Part shown: piece after piece, positions 1 through 13,990 of the stretch
Layout of the letters: every line of letters begins with the position of its first letter
Position numbering within the stretch: position 1 is the first letter of the stretch
Source: the human T2T-CHM13v2.0 reference genome, Homo sapiens
Reading direction: 5' to 3' (one strand)
DNA: 64,000 nt
Assembly (NCBI RefSeq): GCF_009914755.1
Contig: NC_060925.1
The notes under the pieces: model-generated
What the model was told of the DNA's origin: nothing
What the model saw: only the letters and a program-made list of their open reading frames with translations
Database searches by the model: none
Program-made: the position numbers and the translations under genes

Positions 1-844
1 GGGAGGCAGGCATTGATTGGTCCCTGCCTAACCAGTGGTTTGGCAGGCCATGGATCAGGTGACCATCTTGGTTCAGTCAGCTGCCTCTGTAAGAGTGGGC
101 GGGGTACTTGGTATAGAGAGCTGCTTCCTTCCAGGGCCTGTGGGAAAGTAGCTGTGGTGGGAGGAATTTAGGGCAAGGAAGACAGATTGACTCATAATGT
201 CCAGTGCAGTTGTTCCCCTTGAGTTTGAATACCTTCAGGGATTGGAAACTCACTTCCTCTCCAGGCAACCCCTACAATTTTTGATTCGTTTTAAGCATTC
301 ACTCACTTTTATATTGAGCCAAAAATTGATCTCACAGTAGCATCCACCCATTGGCCTGTGCCCTACACTTGAGGATCTTACACACTGAGTCTGTTTCCTT
401 GACATGATGACCCCTCTGTTGTAAGAAGACAGCCACCATGGCACGGGGGCCAGCTTCGTTTCTCCAGGCATTTTTCCTCCCAGCCAGGGCAGAGTAGAAT
501 GGGTTGGGTGGTTGGGAGCACAGGGCTTCTTGCCTTGATCCTCCCAGCTTAACCAACCTTAGAGCTCTCGTCCCCTACTGGGAGCTCTTTGTGAGGGTGG
601 AGGAAGAGCTGCTGGAGCCTGTACCTTCTCTTGCACGTCCTAAGGAAGAATGTTCCCCGGGCTGAGCTGTGTGTTCCTGGCTCTCTTGATGTTTGTTTAA
701 GAGGACATAGCAGGAACTCAAAGCCATCAGGCAGCCCCTCTGGAAGCAGGCAGGAAGAGGGGCAGGTGGAAATGACTGCGGAGTGCTATCAGGGTGGATG
801 TGGCTAGCCCAGTAGCCTGGGCCAGGCCAGGCAGGTGGAAATGA

Positions 845-1187
<343 letters not shown>

Positions 1188-1508
1188 TTCATTCACCTTT
1201 TCTGTAGCCTGCCCTGCATCCCCACCCCAGTGCCATCAGGTCAAAAGGGACCCAAAGGCATGCAGTGGCAAGTTCACATATTCCTTTTGGGGTCCATGAG
1301 TGGCGTCCAAAGCCAAATAAACAGTATACTCACCTCTTGGCAAGAGGGTCCTGAGAACATGGGCACTCAGCCGAGAGATTACAAAAAAGAGGAGGGCAAA
1401 GATGGAACAATACATTAACTGCCGACCATTGGAAAAAGGAGGTTGAATTTCTCTGCCTGGGAATTTGTAACCTGAATCAGCAGCCTATCTTCTAGGCCAG
1501 GGCAGCCT

Positions 1509-1542
1509 GGGTTGGGGGGTGGGATGGGGGTGTGGGGTGGGG
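1509..1542 (+). other. G-quadruplex-forming motif
   Basis: Six runs of >=3 G with 1-3 nt loops. Confidence 0.7.
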
Positions 1543-2962
1543 AGGTTCCGGTTTTTTTTACCCTGCTTCCCCAGAATTAGCTTTCTGCAGGTGTACATAC
1601 AGAGAAGATGCGAATTTCGAAGATGTATAGCTTTCTCCAGAGATCAGGAGCAGGGAAGATTTCCTGGGCACTGGAGTTATCCTGAGTTAATTTTCATGAA
1701 TGCCGAAAGCTGAAAACGCTTTGGTTCTGCCCATGGTCTTTGCTGAAATCCATGCTGTCTGTTCACCAAAGAAGGACCAGAGAGCTGCTGTCCTCTTGTC
1801 TGGCTTCCTGGGTTTGGGCTTCATTGTCCCAGGCATGAGGATGAGAGAATAACTAGAACCCGGCATTGGTCTTTTGTTGGATTTCTGGGATATCTGCAGC
1901 TATGGGCCGTCTACCGCTGGAGGTGGGGTGACCTCATGGCTTGGTTGGTGGTCAGCCTACAATTCCAGAGAGACGTGGCAATGAGCCCACTATACAGGGC
2001 TTGTTCGTGTCCCAAGTCGTGTTACAATGCAAACACCTGCTCCTGATTAGGACTTTTATTTCTTCAATTGGTTTATTTTCTGCAGCTTCACCCAAGCGTG
2101 GAGGCAGTGTTGAAGCATCACAAGCTGCGGTGTTTATGTGGCTTGTTTTGCTTTACACCTCCCACCCCTGCCAGCCCTGTACGCCCAGGGTGCACATATT
2201 TGTCCCCTGTCCTCCTCAAGCAGCCACAAGTGATCATGGCATTATTGCAGATGTGTCGGGAAAGAGGAAACGTCCCCAGACGTTCCAGGGATATATATGG
2301 TTTGAGGTTTGTGGAGTGCGGAGAGGAAAAAGGAAAGATCTAGTAGAAGTTCAGCTCAAGAGAGTAGGGCAGGAGAAGGCTGACTTAGAGAATAAAACAT
2401 GTAGATGAAAGAAACGCTTCCGACCCGCTCCAAACGTTAACACGCAGTGTTTCTGCACAACCTTCTGTTCTTTATTCAAGCTGCGCACTTTGATCCTACA
2501 GCAGCCGAACCTAGAACCTACTCTTCTCTAGTCAGTATCATTTTCTCCTGGGAGATGAGGGGTAGAGGGTGGCTTTAAGGAAAAACATGTTTTGGCATGA
2601 AAGCACCTCTGGCCAGGAGACTGTAGTCCTAGGGGGTCTTTGGCTTGATGGAAGGACGCTTTTGCCCCTGGGCTTGTGCCTTGGGCTAGCTTTAGCTCAA
2701 TGGGCACTTCTTGGGCTTAGAGCACAGGTCAGGGCTGCACCAGATGCTGCAGCTTATAATACCTGGCCAGAAGGGTGTCTAGGAGGACCTGGAAGGATGC
2801 TTCTCTGTACAAGAGATTTCCTTGTCTGGGTTAGCAGGGCCGTCTGTAATCCTCTAAGAAAGGCAGGCCTGGAGCTGGTCACCACTGGTGAAAATTCGGC
2901 ATCGCCCTTCTGTCTTCCTGCTTGTTGTGGTCTTGTGTTATGTTGAACTGGATGTGAGCTGC

Positions 2963-2976
2963 GTGTGTGTGTGTGT

Positions 2977-3017
<41 letters not shown>
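2963..3017. repeat. (TG)n microsatellite, interrupted
   Basis: Direct reading. Confidence 0.97.
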
Positions 3018-3018
<1 letters not shown>

Positions 3019-3489
3019 GGGGAGGAGAGCCTTGGGTTTTTTTTTTTTTTTAATTTACATTTTTCGAATAGTTTTCTCCTCTGCTCTCCTTAGAGGCGGC
3101 ATGCAGAGTGGAAACAGCGTTTGACCTTTGTGAATTGTGGGCAGAGCTAGCCAGACAGACGGGGAAACATTTGGTGGGAAGTCAGAGGCCACTCAGAGCA
3201 AGAATTAAAGTTCCGTCTCTACCTTTTTCAGTCCAGAAACCAGAGAAAGCCAGAGGGGACAGCAGCAGAATAGTGCCCAAGCCTCCAGATTAGGATTGCA
3301 GGATCACTTCCTCAGCAGTCACCCCCCGCCAGCTGCTGGAGAGCCTACTCCGGAGACCTCTCAGCAAAGAATGTTCTACCTGAGGATTTACATCAGAGAT
3401 TCCAGAAGTCTCTGGGGACCCAGGACAATGCTTCCTGGCAAGGGCTGGTCTCACAACGAGAAGGCAGTGTGGTTCTTGAGGGAGGAGCA

Positions 3490-3670
3490 GGAGGGAAAAT
3501 AATAACCAAAATGTATGTAGTACTTGCCGTGTGCCCAGCAATGTTCTTTTATGGTATAGACCCCCAATTAATCCCTACAGCAATCACTCCCATTTTACAG
3601 ATGAGAGAACTGAGTCACGGAGAGGTGAGGTGACCTGCTCAAGATCACTTGGTTAGTAAGTGGCTGGGAT
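3490..3670 (-). mobile_element. MIR fragment
   Basis: cccattttacagatgagagaactgag...gaggtgaggtgacctgctcaagatcac core. Confidence 0.8.
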
Positions 3671-3742
3671 GCCTTGCTTGGAGATGTGTTTCTAGCTGCT
3701 TAGACGGCATCGCCTCTCAGGCGAGGTGCTCAGTGAGTGTCA

Positions 3743-4083
<341 letters not shown>

Positions 4084-5289
4084 CTATGTCAGGGTCGAGT
4101 TTTCTTGTGGGGGAAGAAATTCTGTCTTCAGACATAAAGGTAACTCGGGGACTTGAGTTTGTCTGCCTCTTCCCGCTCCCAGCTCCCCCTCCTAAAAAAA
4201 AAAAAAAAAAAGCAACTCACATTTTTCTGTGCCTTAATTATATGTTTGGTTCACAGACTAAACTGCTGAAACTCTGTAAGTGAAGTAAGGGTGTTTTTCT
4301 AATCAGCTGTGTTCATTTCTAGTCCTGAAAGGTTGTGGCCTGATGCCGGGGAGACACAGCTGTGGGGGCCCCCGTTGGTGTCCTACTTGGTTTCAGAAGC
4401 CATGCCTGCCACGGCCCCTGGAGATGGGATGGACCATTCTGGAATTGCAGGTCTCTCTCGCCTTCGAATAGGCAGGGGTCCTAGGGGGACAGGAATGAAC
4501 TGCCCCAGAGAGGCGGTCTCCAGTGTGGACTGCCTGGTGTCTGTGCATGGGAGATGGGCCAGGGGCAAGGGGCAGGTGGGGAACTGGGCTTGGGCCTCCC
4601 CATACCCCAGACTCCTATGTGACCCAGCTGAGTCATGGTGCTGTTCCCGGGGCCTTGGGGTTGGCTGGCCTTTATTTAGGACAATAAAACCCACCATTGT
4701 AATCTTCCCAGGCAGCTGGGATGATAAACAGAGAAGTGAGCACTTGGAAGGAGGGAAAAGTGCTTTATTCAGCACTTTGTCAATATCAGCAATATCAGCC
4801 CGCAGCAAGGCCTTCTGCGGATGGCGGCACCATCCTGTTCTGGGCAGGGCAGGAGGCCTCTTGCCCGCCTGCCAGCTGATCTGCATTCTGGGCTTCCTTC
4901 CGAGTTACATTCGTTGGGTTTTGGGGTCGCAGTGGCCCTGCCACACATTCAGAACAGCATCCTGGGACAAAGTACCGCAGGGGACAGCACCAGGCTGCAC
5001 GGAGGCTCATGGCCCACAGCTCCCTAGCTTTCTGTTCTTGGGCAGGCTCCTTATCCCTTTTGCCTTAGTTTCCCCATCTGTCAAGTAGGACTGAAACTAC
5101 CCCTGAGGTCTCTGGGAGGTTGCAGGGGATGTGTGCCCAGCATCAGGAGCACCCCTGCAGGCCTCGCAGCTATAGATGGTGGAAGTCCAGTGCTGGAGGC
5201 TGAGTTGGGTCTCCTGTGAGGCAGTCCCCCGTGGCCCAGTCCTGGTCTTTCTCAGCCCAAGGTAATTTTTCAATTAACTCAATTGGCTG

Positions 5290-5930
5290 GAAACCGGGGC
5301 GCCCTGGAGTGTGGGAAAACGTCCCAGGCCGGAAGGGCCCTCCCCTCTGCCCCCACTCATTTGGGGCTTGGCTTCCAGAGGGAGGATCCAGTTTCACATC
5401 GGGACACCAGGATGTGATCCCCGTGCCCCTCTGAAAAATCCCAGATGGCGCCTTCTGGAAGCCCTAGCAGTCTCCGCACTGGCGGCCAGTCTGTCCTCCC
5501 TCCCTGCCCCCTCCCCCCACCCCGGCTGGCTCCCCGGCCCGGCTCCAGCTCCGGTGGGGAGAGCCTCAAACACTGCTCGTTAGTGACTTTATTGCTAAAC
5601 AATTTAGAAAGGCAGCCCTGCCAGTTTTCATAAGTGAAACATTTAAAGTATGCAAAGCATATTTTATTTCTTCCTGGAGCAGCTGCTCAGGCAGGCTGGA
5701 GAGTAATCGGGAGTGAGTTATATGGATTTGTGAGCTGCCCCGCAGCACTTTCAAGCTCCACGGCCTCGAGAGCCTCCCACCAAAGGGCAAGTGTCCGCTC
5801 CGGCCCGGAAGACTTGGGCAGCCTGAGCCCAAGACTTGCTCTCCTTTCCTGTCGCCTCCATGGAGTCAGGCATGCCCTGTGATGGCATCAGCAGCTGTCT
5901 GCCAGTGTTGACGGAGGGCTCATGGGTGCC
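5290..5930 (+). promoter_or_regulatory. Candidate internal promoter / alternative non-coding first exon of KAZN
   Basis: Repeat-free and GC/CpG-enriched, with SP/KLF-like C tracts at 5498-5524, an ATGGCG (YY1/CTCF-like) core at 5445 and a donor-like GA|GTGAGT at 5713. Kazrin is known to have short isoforms with alternative first exons; assigning one to this spot is inference. Confidence 0.5.
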
Positions 5931-6192
5931 AGGCCGCTTGCTGGGGCTTTTTATCTGTCCTCAGGCATTGGCACAGCAGCCCTGGGAGATGAATACTATT
6001 GTGATCTTCATTCTCCACACAAGGACAGGGAAGTGACGTGCCAGGGTCAAACAACTACCCAAGGACAGAGCCAGGATTTGAACCAGGCCATCCAGTTCCA
6101 GAACCACTGCTCTTCACTGTCATTGTGGCCATTTTACAGGTGAGGAAGTGGAGGGACGTAGAGGTGATGTGATTGCCGGAAACGCCCACTAG

Positions 6193-6529
<337 letters not shown>

Positions 6530-7554
6530 GGTTTAAATTCTTTAGAAAGCACGCGTCTGTTCACTACGGAGATCTGAAGATGTGGGAACTGCAGGCTCAC
6601 CACCCTTGTGTGATGGCGACGTCTAGGAGAGCCTTCAGCTGAGCCCCCGTTCACCTACTTCTCCTCTTAGCAGAATTATTTACATCTGCAGGGACTGTCA
6701 GCATGCCTTACTCATTTTGCTGCATTTAACCCGAGTTGAAATCTGATACTGGCTTAGCATGTAGTGTGTTTCCAGTTTGTTCTCCAGCTCATGGTATAGC
6801 CAGTGGCCGCGCGGTTGAGGTTGTGGATTCCAGACTTTCCTCTAGGCTTTGGTTTGATTGTCTATAATATGGAAATAGAAATGCCTGTTCTTTCCCCTAG
6901 TCTTCTCAGAAAGTTAGCTCTCCCGCCCGGAGCTAGACACGGGAGAACCTGCTCTGTGAGGTGTGGGGCAAGCAGCTTCCATCTTTCCGTGGGTTCTGGG
7001 AATGGGTGGAGAAGGAAACTGAGACACTGGGTGTTATGCTGCTGAGTCACACTCAGGGTGGGAAAGAAAGCAGGGCTGGGCTCTCCCGGCCGTTGTAAGG
7101 CCGTGCTCAAGTTGCTTCCTCCCGATCTGCAGTGAGCTTTGGGCTCCCTGTGTGGATGGTGTCATGAGGTGGTGGATGTAACTAATGCGCGGCCTTCCTT
7201 CTTTTTCCTCTTGGGGTGTTGGTAATTTTTTTTTCCTCAAGGGTGGGGAAGAGGGAGGATGGATGAGGATGGATGGAAAGTCCTGCACAGTGAGGATGTG
7301 GAGGGAAGCAGGCAGTGCCACCCGGGGCTTGCTGTCCCTCCCCTGGGTACCTCCCTTCAGGAGCCTGGCCTTGGGGAGGGGAGGAGATTGTTGCAAGAGC
7401 CAAGACTGGGGGACCTGGCCAATTTTTTCATCTGAAGCTCAAAGACCCAGTTTCAACGCTGTGCCCAATTTCAACTCTGTGTCCACCTGTGAGACTATTT
7501 GTCCTGACATTTAGTTTGCGAAGCAGGCACAGCATGAGACTTAGGGCTGGGAGC

Positions 7555-7780
7555 CTATCCAGTGGTTAGGAACATGAGCTTTGGAATCAGACCAGCCGGG
7601 GTTGGGATCCAGCTGTGCCACCTGGACCAGCTCTGTGACCTTGAACAAACCAGCCCCCCTGTTGAAGCCTCCATTACTGCCTCTGCAAAATGGAGAGAAT
7701 GCTAGCACTTCTCCCATGGGGTTGGTGAGAGAATCTGATGGGCTGAGGCTCAGTGCCAGGCACATAGTGAACACCCAAAT
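7555..7780 (+). mobile_element. MIR
   Basis: agtggttaggaacatgagctttggaatcagacc...ctgtgaccttgaacaa...ctgcaaaatggag. Confidence 0.8.
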
Positions 7781-8126
7781 GGGAGCTGGAACCCTCAGGT
7801 GAACCCCAGTGGCTGTGGGTTGGTGCAAAGACCCCTCCAGATGGGGGAAAAGGAGAAAGACTGATATGGGCAGGAAAAGCCTGGAAATGGCTTTGAGGCA
7901 GAACTTGAAAGGTTTGTGACATCCAGTGTTTCAGTCCAGAAGGACTGGTCACTGGGAACAAAGAGAAGCTAGAATTGAAGTCTAAAGAGTGATAAGTGCT
8001 CACTGCTTGGAAGAACTAAGTTCCCTTGTCCATTTTTGCTCATCCAGTTTTTGAAGAAAGAATAAGGTAGCCTTCAAGTTTGTAGGGAAGCTAAGTGCCC
8101 AGAAAACTGTCTCTGACAAAAACAGT

Positions 8127-8610
8127 GTATCAGGATTCTTTTTCAAGTACAAGGGATAAAAAAGATGCAACTCAAACTGGCTTAAATGAAAAAGGGAATA
8201 ATTGGCTTATGTAACTGAAAAGTTCAGGGATAGGATCTGGCTTCAGGTGTGGTGTGATCCAGGACTCAACTATTCGGATATTATCTGAATCCTGTCCTGG
8301 TCTCATTGGCTCCTCCCCTCCCAATGGCAAGACAGCTGCCAGCAACTCCAGGCTCCATCCTCACAGCCTGAGCCCATTGGTAAAGAGAGCACCTGGATCC
8401 TGGTGCAGAGATTTACCTCTGATTGGACTGACTTGGGTCATGTGCCTTCTCCTGAACCAGTCACAGTGGTCAGGGTGATTCAGTAATCTCATTAGCCAGA
8501 CTGGGTCATATTTTCATCCCTGAACCACAGGTGTTGACAGTGGGGGCTCCTGAAAGGGAAATGGAGGTGCCATGTTGAAAAGAAGGGTCATAGATGTCAG
8601 CCAGACAGAA
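8127..8610 (-). mobile_element. MaLR solo LTR (MLT1K-like)
   Basis: caactcaaactggcttaa...tctgattggactgacttgggtcatgtgcc...tgaaccagtcac motifs. Confidence 0.7.
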
Positions 8611-8848
8611 ACGTCTGCTGCCCAGTCCAGCGGGGGCTAATAGAGAAATTTGGAAAGAAAAGGCTGGATGAGGTGGCCTCTCAGAGAAAGCAGTAGCATG
8701 GAGGCTCAGCTTGATGGCTGTGCTAGGAGTCTTCCTTGTACCAATAGGATGGCCCAGTAAGCTCCCATCCCAAGTCAGCCCACCTGACTTGTGATGAACT
8801 GGCAACAACTTGCTGCTTCTAATCCCTCAGTGGAAAATGTGCTCATTA

Positions 8849-9129
8849 GGCCAGTCATGGTGGCTCATGCCTGTAATCCCAGCACTTTGGGAGGCTGAGG
8901 CGAGCAGATCACTTGAGGTCATGAGTTTGAGACCAGCCTGGCCAACATGGCAAAATGCTGTCTCTACAAAAAATACAAACATTAGAAGGGCGCTGTAGCA
9001 CATGCCTGTAATCCCAGCTACTCGGGAAGCTGAGTCAGGGCACTTGAACCCAGGAGGCGGAGGTTGCAGTGAGCCAAGATCATGCCACTGCACTCCAGCC
9101 TGGGCAACAGAGTGAGACTCCGACTCAAA

Positions 9130-9170
<41 letters not shown>
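8849..9170 (+). mobile_element. AluS with (AAT)n tail; second TSD copy lies about 115 bp downstream of the tail
   Basis: Alu dimer; TSD gaaaatgtgctca at 8833 and 9286. Confidence 0.93.
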
Positions 9171-11426
9171 GTAATTTGTCTGTGGTTTTACATTAAGCAA
9201 CTGAATTGGGATTAAAGGGAAAAAAACATTCCTTTATTAAAACAACAGTTAATAAATACTAACTTAAAAACAAAAAAAAGAAAAAGAAAATGTGCTCACT
9301 GAGGGCTGGAGGAGGCAGCTGGCCAGGCCCTGAGCAGAGGCCAGCACTTCCCCATCCCTCCTGCCCAAGCAAATTCCCAAGTAGGTAGGAGCAGACTGTT
9401 CATAAGTCATCAAGGAGGCCTGGCCATGGGCTCTGGGACTGAGCAGTCCTTGCTGCCACCAGCAGTCGGGAACCCAGCCACTCTGGTGGCAGGCAGGTGC
9501 CTGCCTCTCCCACCCCCACCCAGATGGTGTTTTTCGAGATTCACATTCCTCCTGGTGCCAGAAGCACCTGCCAAGTGATTTTTGTAGCCTCTGCCATGAA
9601 GGTGTTACCCAAACCTCCGGCAGACCCCAGGGGGCTGCGTCCTGCAGTGCCAATCCTCAGGTGAAGTGGGGCTGGAGGTCTGCGATTCCTTGACTTCCCC
9701 AGGACATCCCTGCTTCTGAGCCTGTGACTGTCACCCTTCCAGGACAGCGACATGGTTGCTGCCCAGCCTGTGTTTGGTGAGGGGTGGGTGAAGGCATGCA
9801 GGAGAGTACAGGTTTTCTGGGGTGTGGAGCTGGGTGGGCCCATCTCCCCATGGGAACTCTGGGCAGCAAGATGGTAGAAGAGGATCCGCTTGGCACTCAG
9901 GGCACCGAGGAGGGTCTGGCTAAAGGTGTGTTTACAGGCCAGCGGCTTCACCGGAAGAGCCTCTGCAGGGAAGACGGTTTCAACACCACCTAACGGAAAA
10001 AACAGTTACTGTGCAATATGAGAAAAGGACAAAGGCTGTATTACCTGAGTCCCTGCACCCTCCACACCCACCCGTAGTAAGAATTACCAAGCGGCTCTCC
10101 GGGCTGGGGAGCGCCGTGGAAGAAACCCTGTGGAGGAGTGGGTGGGTGTTATTTGAGAGTCTTCTCCTATTTGGGGATTGCTGTACTGCTTCCCATCACC
10201 CCCTACCGAGTGTCAGGATCATATGACACAGGCCCAGAGGACATGGAAATCTCCACCAAGCCAGGCTCCTGTTCTTGCCTGCCTGCAACCCTGGGGACTG
10301 AGGGAGGGATGGGAGGGTCCGTTTGGCAAATGGGGACAGAGGTGGTTCAAGAAGATGGGGCTGTTTCCAGCTCCCCATGCAGGGACCAGGCAGGAGAGGG
10401 GAGGCCAGGCTGGGCCTGAGAGGGTCAGCCCCACAGAGGGAGTGACGCCAAGCCTAGGCTTACCTCTCCCCGAAGGCTCAGGATGGCCAACAGAAACATG
10501 GGCTTGAGGCTGGCATTTTCCAGCCTACACTGGCAGACTTCTCACTCCACAGGCAAATCATTAAGCTTAGGACGCTGCGAGCTGAGTTTCCCTGTGGCAG
10601 CTGTGGTCACATACAGAGCTTTCAGGAGGCTTTGGAGGGGTCTGCAGTAGAGAGCCAGTGTGGCTGCTGCGGCGGCCCTGGGCTGAGCTAATCCAAGACT
10701 CCCAACCCCACTCAGATGCTGGGTCAGCTGAGCAAAGACACTGAGGTTCTGTGACCTCAGGCCTCCCAGTCCAGGGAAAAGATGGAAATGGGGGTAACTC
10801 TCCAGGGAGGGTTTCAGGGTTGTCTGCCCAGCTGCAGGCCCAGAAAGGAAGAGTGCACAGGGCTTTTGTCTACCTGCAGGGTGTCTTGAGTCTGGCAGCA
10901 GTACCCACAGGAGAAAGGGAATAACTCAGTGGTTACAAGCAACAGCAAACTTCCTATGTTTAACTGCATGTTCTCTCTGTGGCTCAGTTTCTTTTGTAAA
11001 ATGGGGACATCCCCTAGGGTTTTTAAGGGGATTGAGAATTCATGCACATGAAGATTTCAGTCAATCTCAACACATGTGAAAGGCTCAGAAAGCATAACTG
11101 TTATCACCTGGGCAAAGGCGACAAGCACATTCAAGATCAGAGCAAAGATGCATTTCTTTCCTGCCACGTGCTATGCCCACACAAGTACAGAACAGAGGAG
11201 GTGCCCTAGTCCACTGGCAAAGACTCCCATCCCCTCTGCCCTGGGCAGTGGGCTCTGCCGGCCTCCTCATCTCTGATTCTTCCTTTCAGAACTCCCCTCC
11301 TCTGCTGGGTACCTGCTTTGTTGAATACGTTAATAACATTCATCCTGTCACTGCTTAGCCTTGGGGTCCTGGGAGTCCCTGTCTCTTAATATGACTTTGC
11401 CCATGAGAGTCATTGTGTCTCTGTCT

Positions 11427-11755
<329 letters not shown>

Positions 11756-12219
11756 CTGTGTCTCTGTCTTAAAGCTTTAACCCTCCAAGGGCAATATGAT
11801 TCCTTATTTTTGGGATAAGCATCATTCCAGTGTACTAAGATCACATTTGGACCTGATTTGGGCCCAACTCAATAATAGCAAGAGTGGTGGCCAAGGGAGC
11901 ACTCACAACCTCCTAGGTGCCGCTGGACCAGTGCATGGCAGGGCGGCCGCAGAGCCCCGCAGACCTGGGCTTGATCCCGTGCCCTGCCAATGTCTGTGAG
12001 CCTCAGGCGGGGACCACCGCAACCCTACATGGGGTCATGAGATGAGGGCTGTCATCCAGCACATGGCATCCACCTGCTCAGGGGTGGCAGCAGCCATGGT
12101 CTCTGCAAGGCTTCATGGAGACAGTGGCAGGTCAATACAGAGCTCTTGTCACTTGGAAGTGACTTCCATTTGACTGTGGTGGGTGTGGGACCATTCTCTA
12201 GGCATCTGATTTCTTTCCC

Positions 12220-12221
<2 letters not shown>

Positions 12222-12262
<41 letters not shown>
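12222..12262. repeat. (TG)n microsatellite
   Basis: About 20 perfect units. Confidence 0.97.
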
Positions 12263-12263
<1 letters not shown>

Positions 12264-13369
12264 TCAAGCAAACACACTAGTGTTTCCTGGTCACACAGAC
12301 CCCTCGCTATCCACAAAGCCACCAAGATGGATGGGGTTTAGACCAGGATACCCCTTTCACGGGGGCCTGCTGGAGAATAGGGGGTTGATTGGTTGTGTAT
12401 CTGGATTTATTTTGCAGGGAGGGCTATAAAAATGAGTTTTTAATGGAAAATCTGAAACATGCTACTGCTATATTTAGATTTTTTTTTCTTGGGGTATAAT
12501 TCACATACAGTGAAATGCTCAGCTCTTTAGTGTACAGTTTGTGTTCAGTGAGTTTTGATATTTGGGCGTGAGGCTGTTGATCAGGGTGTCCACCCCGATG
12601 GTCAGCTGGGGACGGTCCCTCCAAGCCTGGACTCCACTCAGAGCCCCCCCAAGCTCTCTGCTTCCCTAGTTCTCTAGACTTGATGGCTCAGCCTTCAGCA
12701 CATTCATCTCTGCTGTTTCATCCACCTTCCTGGGCTGGGGAAGCCCGAAGGTCAGGGTTCTGCATTTAGTGAGGCCAAGGTTTTCCTCCGGAAGATCAAG
12801 GAGGTTTGCCCTTTTCCGAAATGATCATGATGAGCTACATTTGACCCTCATGTAGAACCTTCCGGAGAGTTTCCACTGAGATGATTGCTTTGTTTAATGT
12901 TTACCGCAGGCCTGAGAGACTGGCCTTGGCTCCATTTTCAGATAAGAGATCAGAGGTTGCTTGTCCACAGGTCAAATAGCTGGGAAGTGGGGGAGCCAAG
13001 ACTGAGCCCCAGCTGGCTGACCCCAAACCTGCATGCCCGCCTCAGAACTGCACTGCGTGCCTCCCAAGAACACGGCACAGAGCATGGTGTCGGGTGTTGG
13101 GTGTGAGCAGAACAGAGTCCCTGCCCTCATGGAATGGACAGGCTGACTCCATGGCCACACCCTTCTCCAGGGGCTGTGTGGGGAGTGTCCCCAGTGGAGG
13201 GCCAGAACCACCATGCGCTGAGTGGCTGACTCACTCATACCCTGCTGAGGGGCATGCCCCCCTCTGCTGGCATCCACCAAGCCAAGCCTGGTTGCCACCT
13301 GGGCCCTGCTGGTTCAGGAAGCCCTTGTGTCACCCACAGACCTTGCTCCTCTCCTTTTGGAAGGTGGTA

Positions 13370-13620
13370 GTGTGGGAGTTGAGGCTGGAGGTGCTGGAAC
13401 CAGACCATCTGTGTCCAAACCCTGGCTCTGCTCTTCACCCTGTGTGACCTTGGCCAAGCCATTTAACTCCTCTGTGATTCAACTTCCCCATCTATAAACT
13501 GTGGATGATAAAATAGGATCTGCTTCATGGAGCTACTGTGAGAATTAAACTAGTTAAGTAGGTAAAATACAGCAAAGCTTAGAACATATAGTATGTGCTC
13601 AATAAGTGTTAAGAAAGATG
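13370..13620 (+). mobile_element. MIR
   Basis: ctgtgtgaccttggccaagccatttaac...catctataaa...gtgctcaataagtgtt. Confidence 0.8.
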
Positions 13621-13659
13621 TAATTGTTATTATAATAAATAATAATCATAATATTATTG

Positions 13660-13990
13660 TTACTTAGACCTTTGGCTTGGGGAGGCTGGATTTACAAACC
13701 TACGATTCACCAAGAGTCTTAGCAGTCTGAGAGGTCGCCTTCTGTTAAAAGGTGGCTGCTGTAGCTCTAGCCATTGAGTCCACTTCCCAGAAGTGGAGAA
13801 AGTGGAGAAAGGTGGAGAAAGAGGTAAAGCCTTATTTTTGTAAGAGTCATTCCTCCTAAAGGACTTTTTTCTGCACCTCACTGCCCAGAAGTGTGTCACA
13901 TGGACAACCCTAGCTGCAAGGGAAGCTGGAAAATAGCATTTTTAGAAAGTGGGACTCATTGCTTTTGCAAACTAAAGGAGATGGGCTGCA
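13660..13990 (-). mobile_element. Old MaLR/ERVL LTR fragment
   Basis: ggctgctgtagctctagcca...gtcacatggacaaccctagctgcaagggaagctggaaa. Confidence 0.55.

Noticed and set aside
4309-5088. 259-aa ORF
   Set aside because: Non-ATG start, no recognisable domain, W/C/G/P-rich composition typical of chance ORFs in GC-rich introns.
5438-5452. CTCF site (ccagatggcgcc)
   Set aside because: Only the 3' part of the motif matches; not enough to call on its own.
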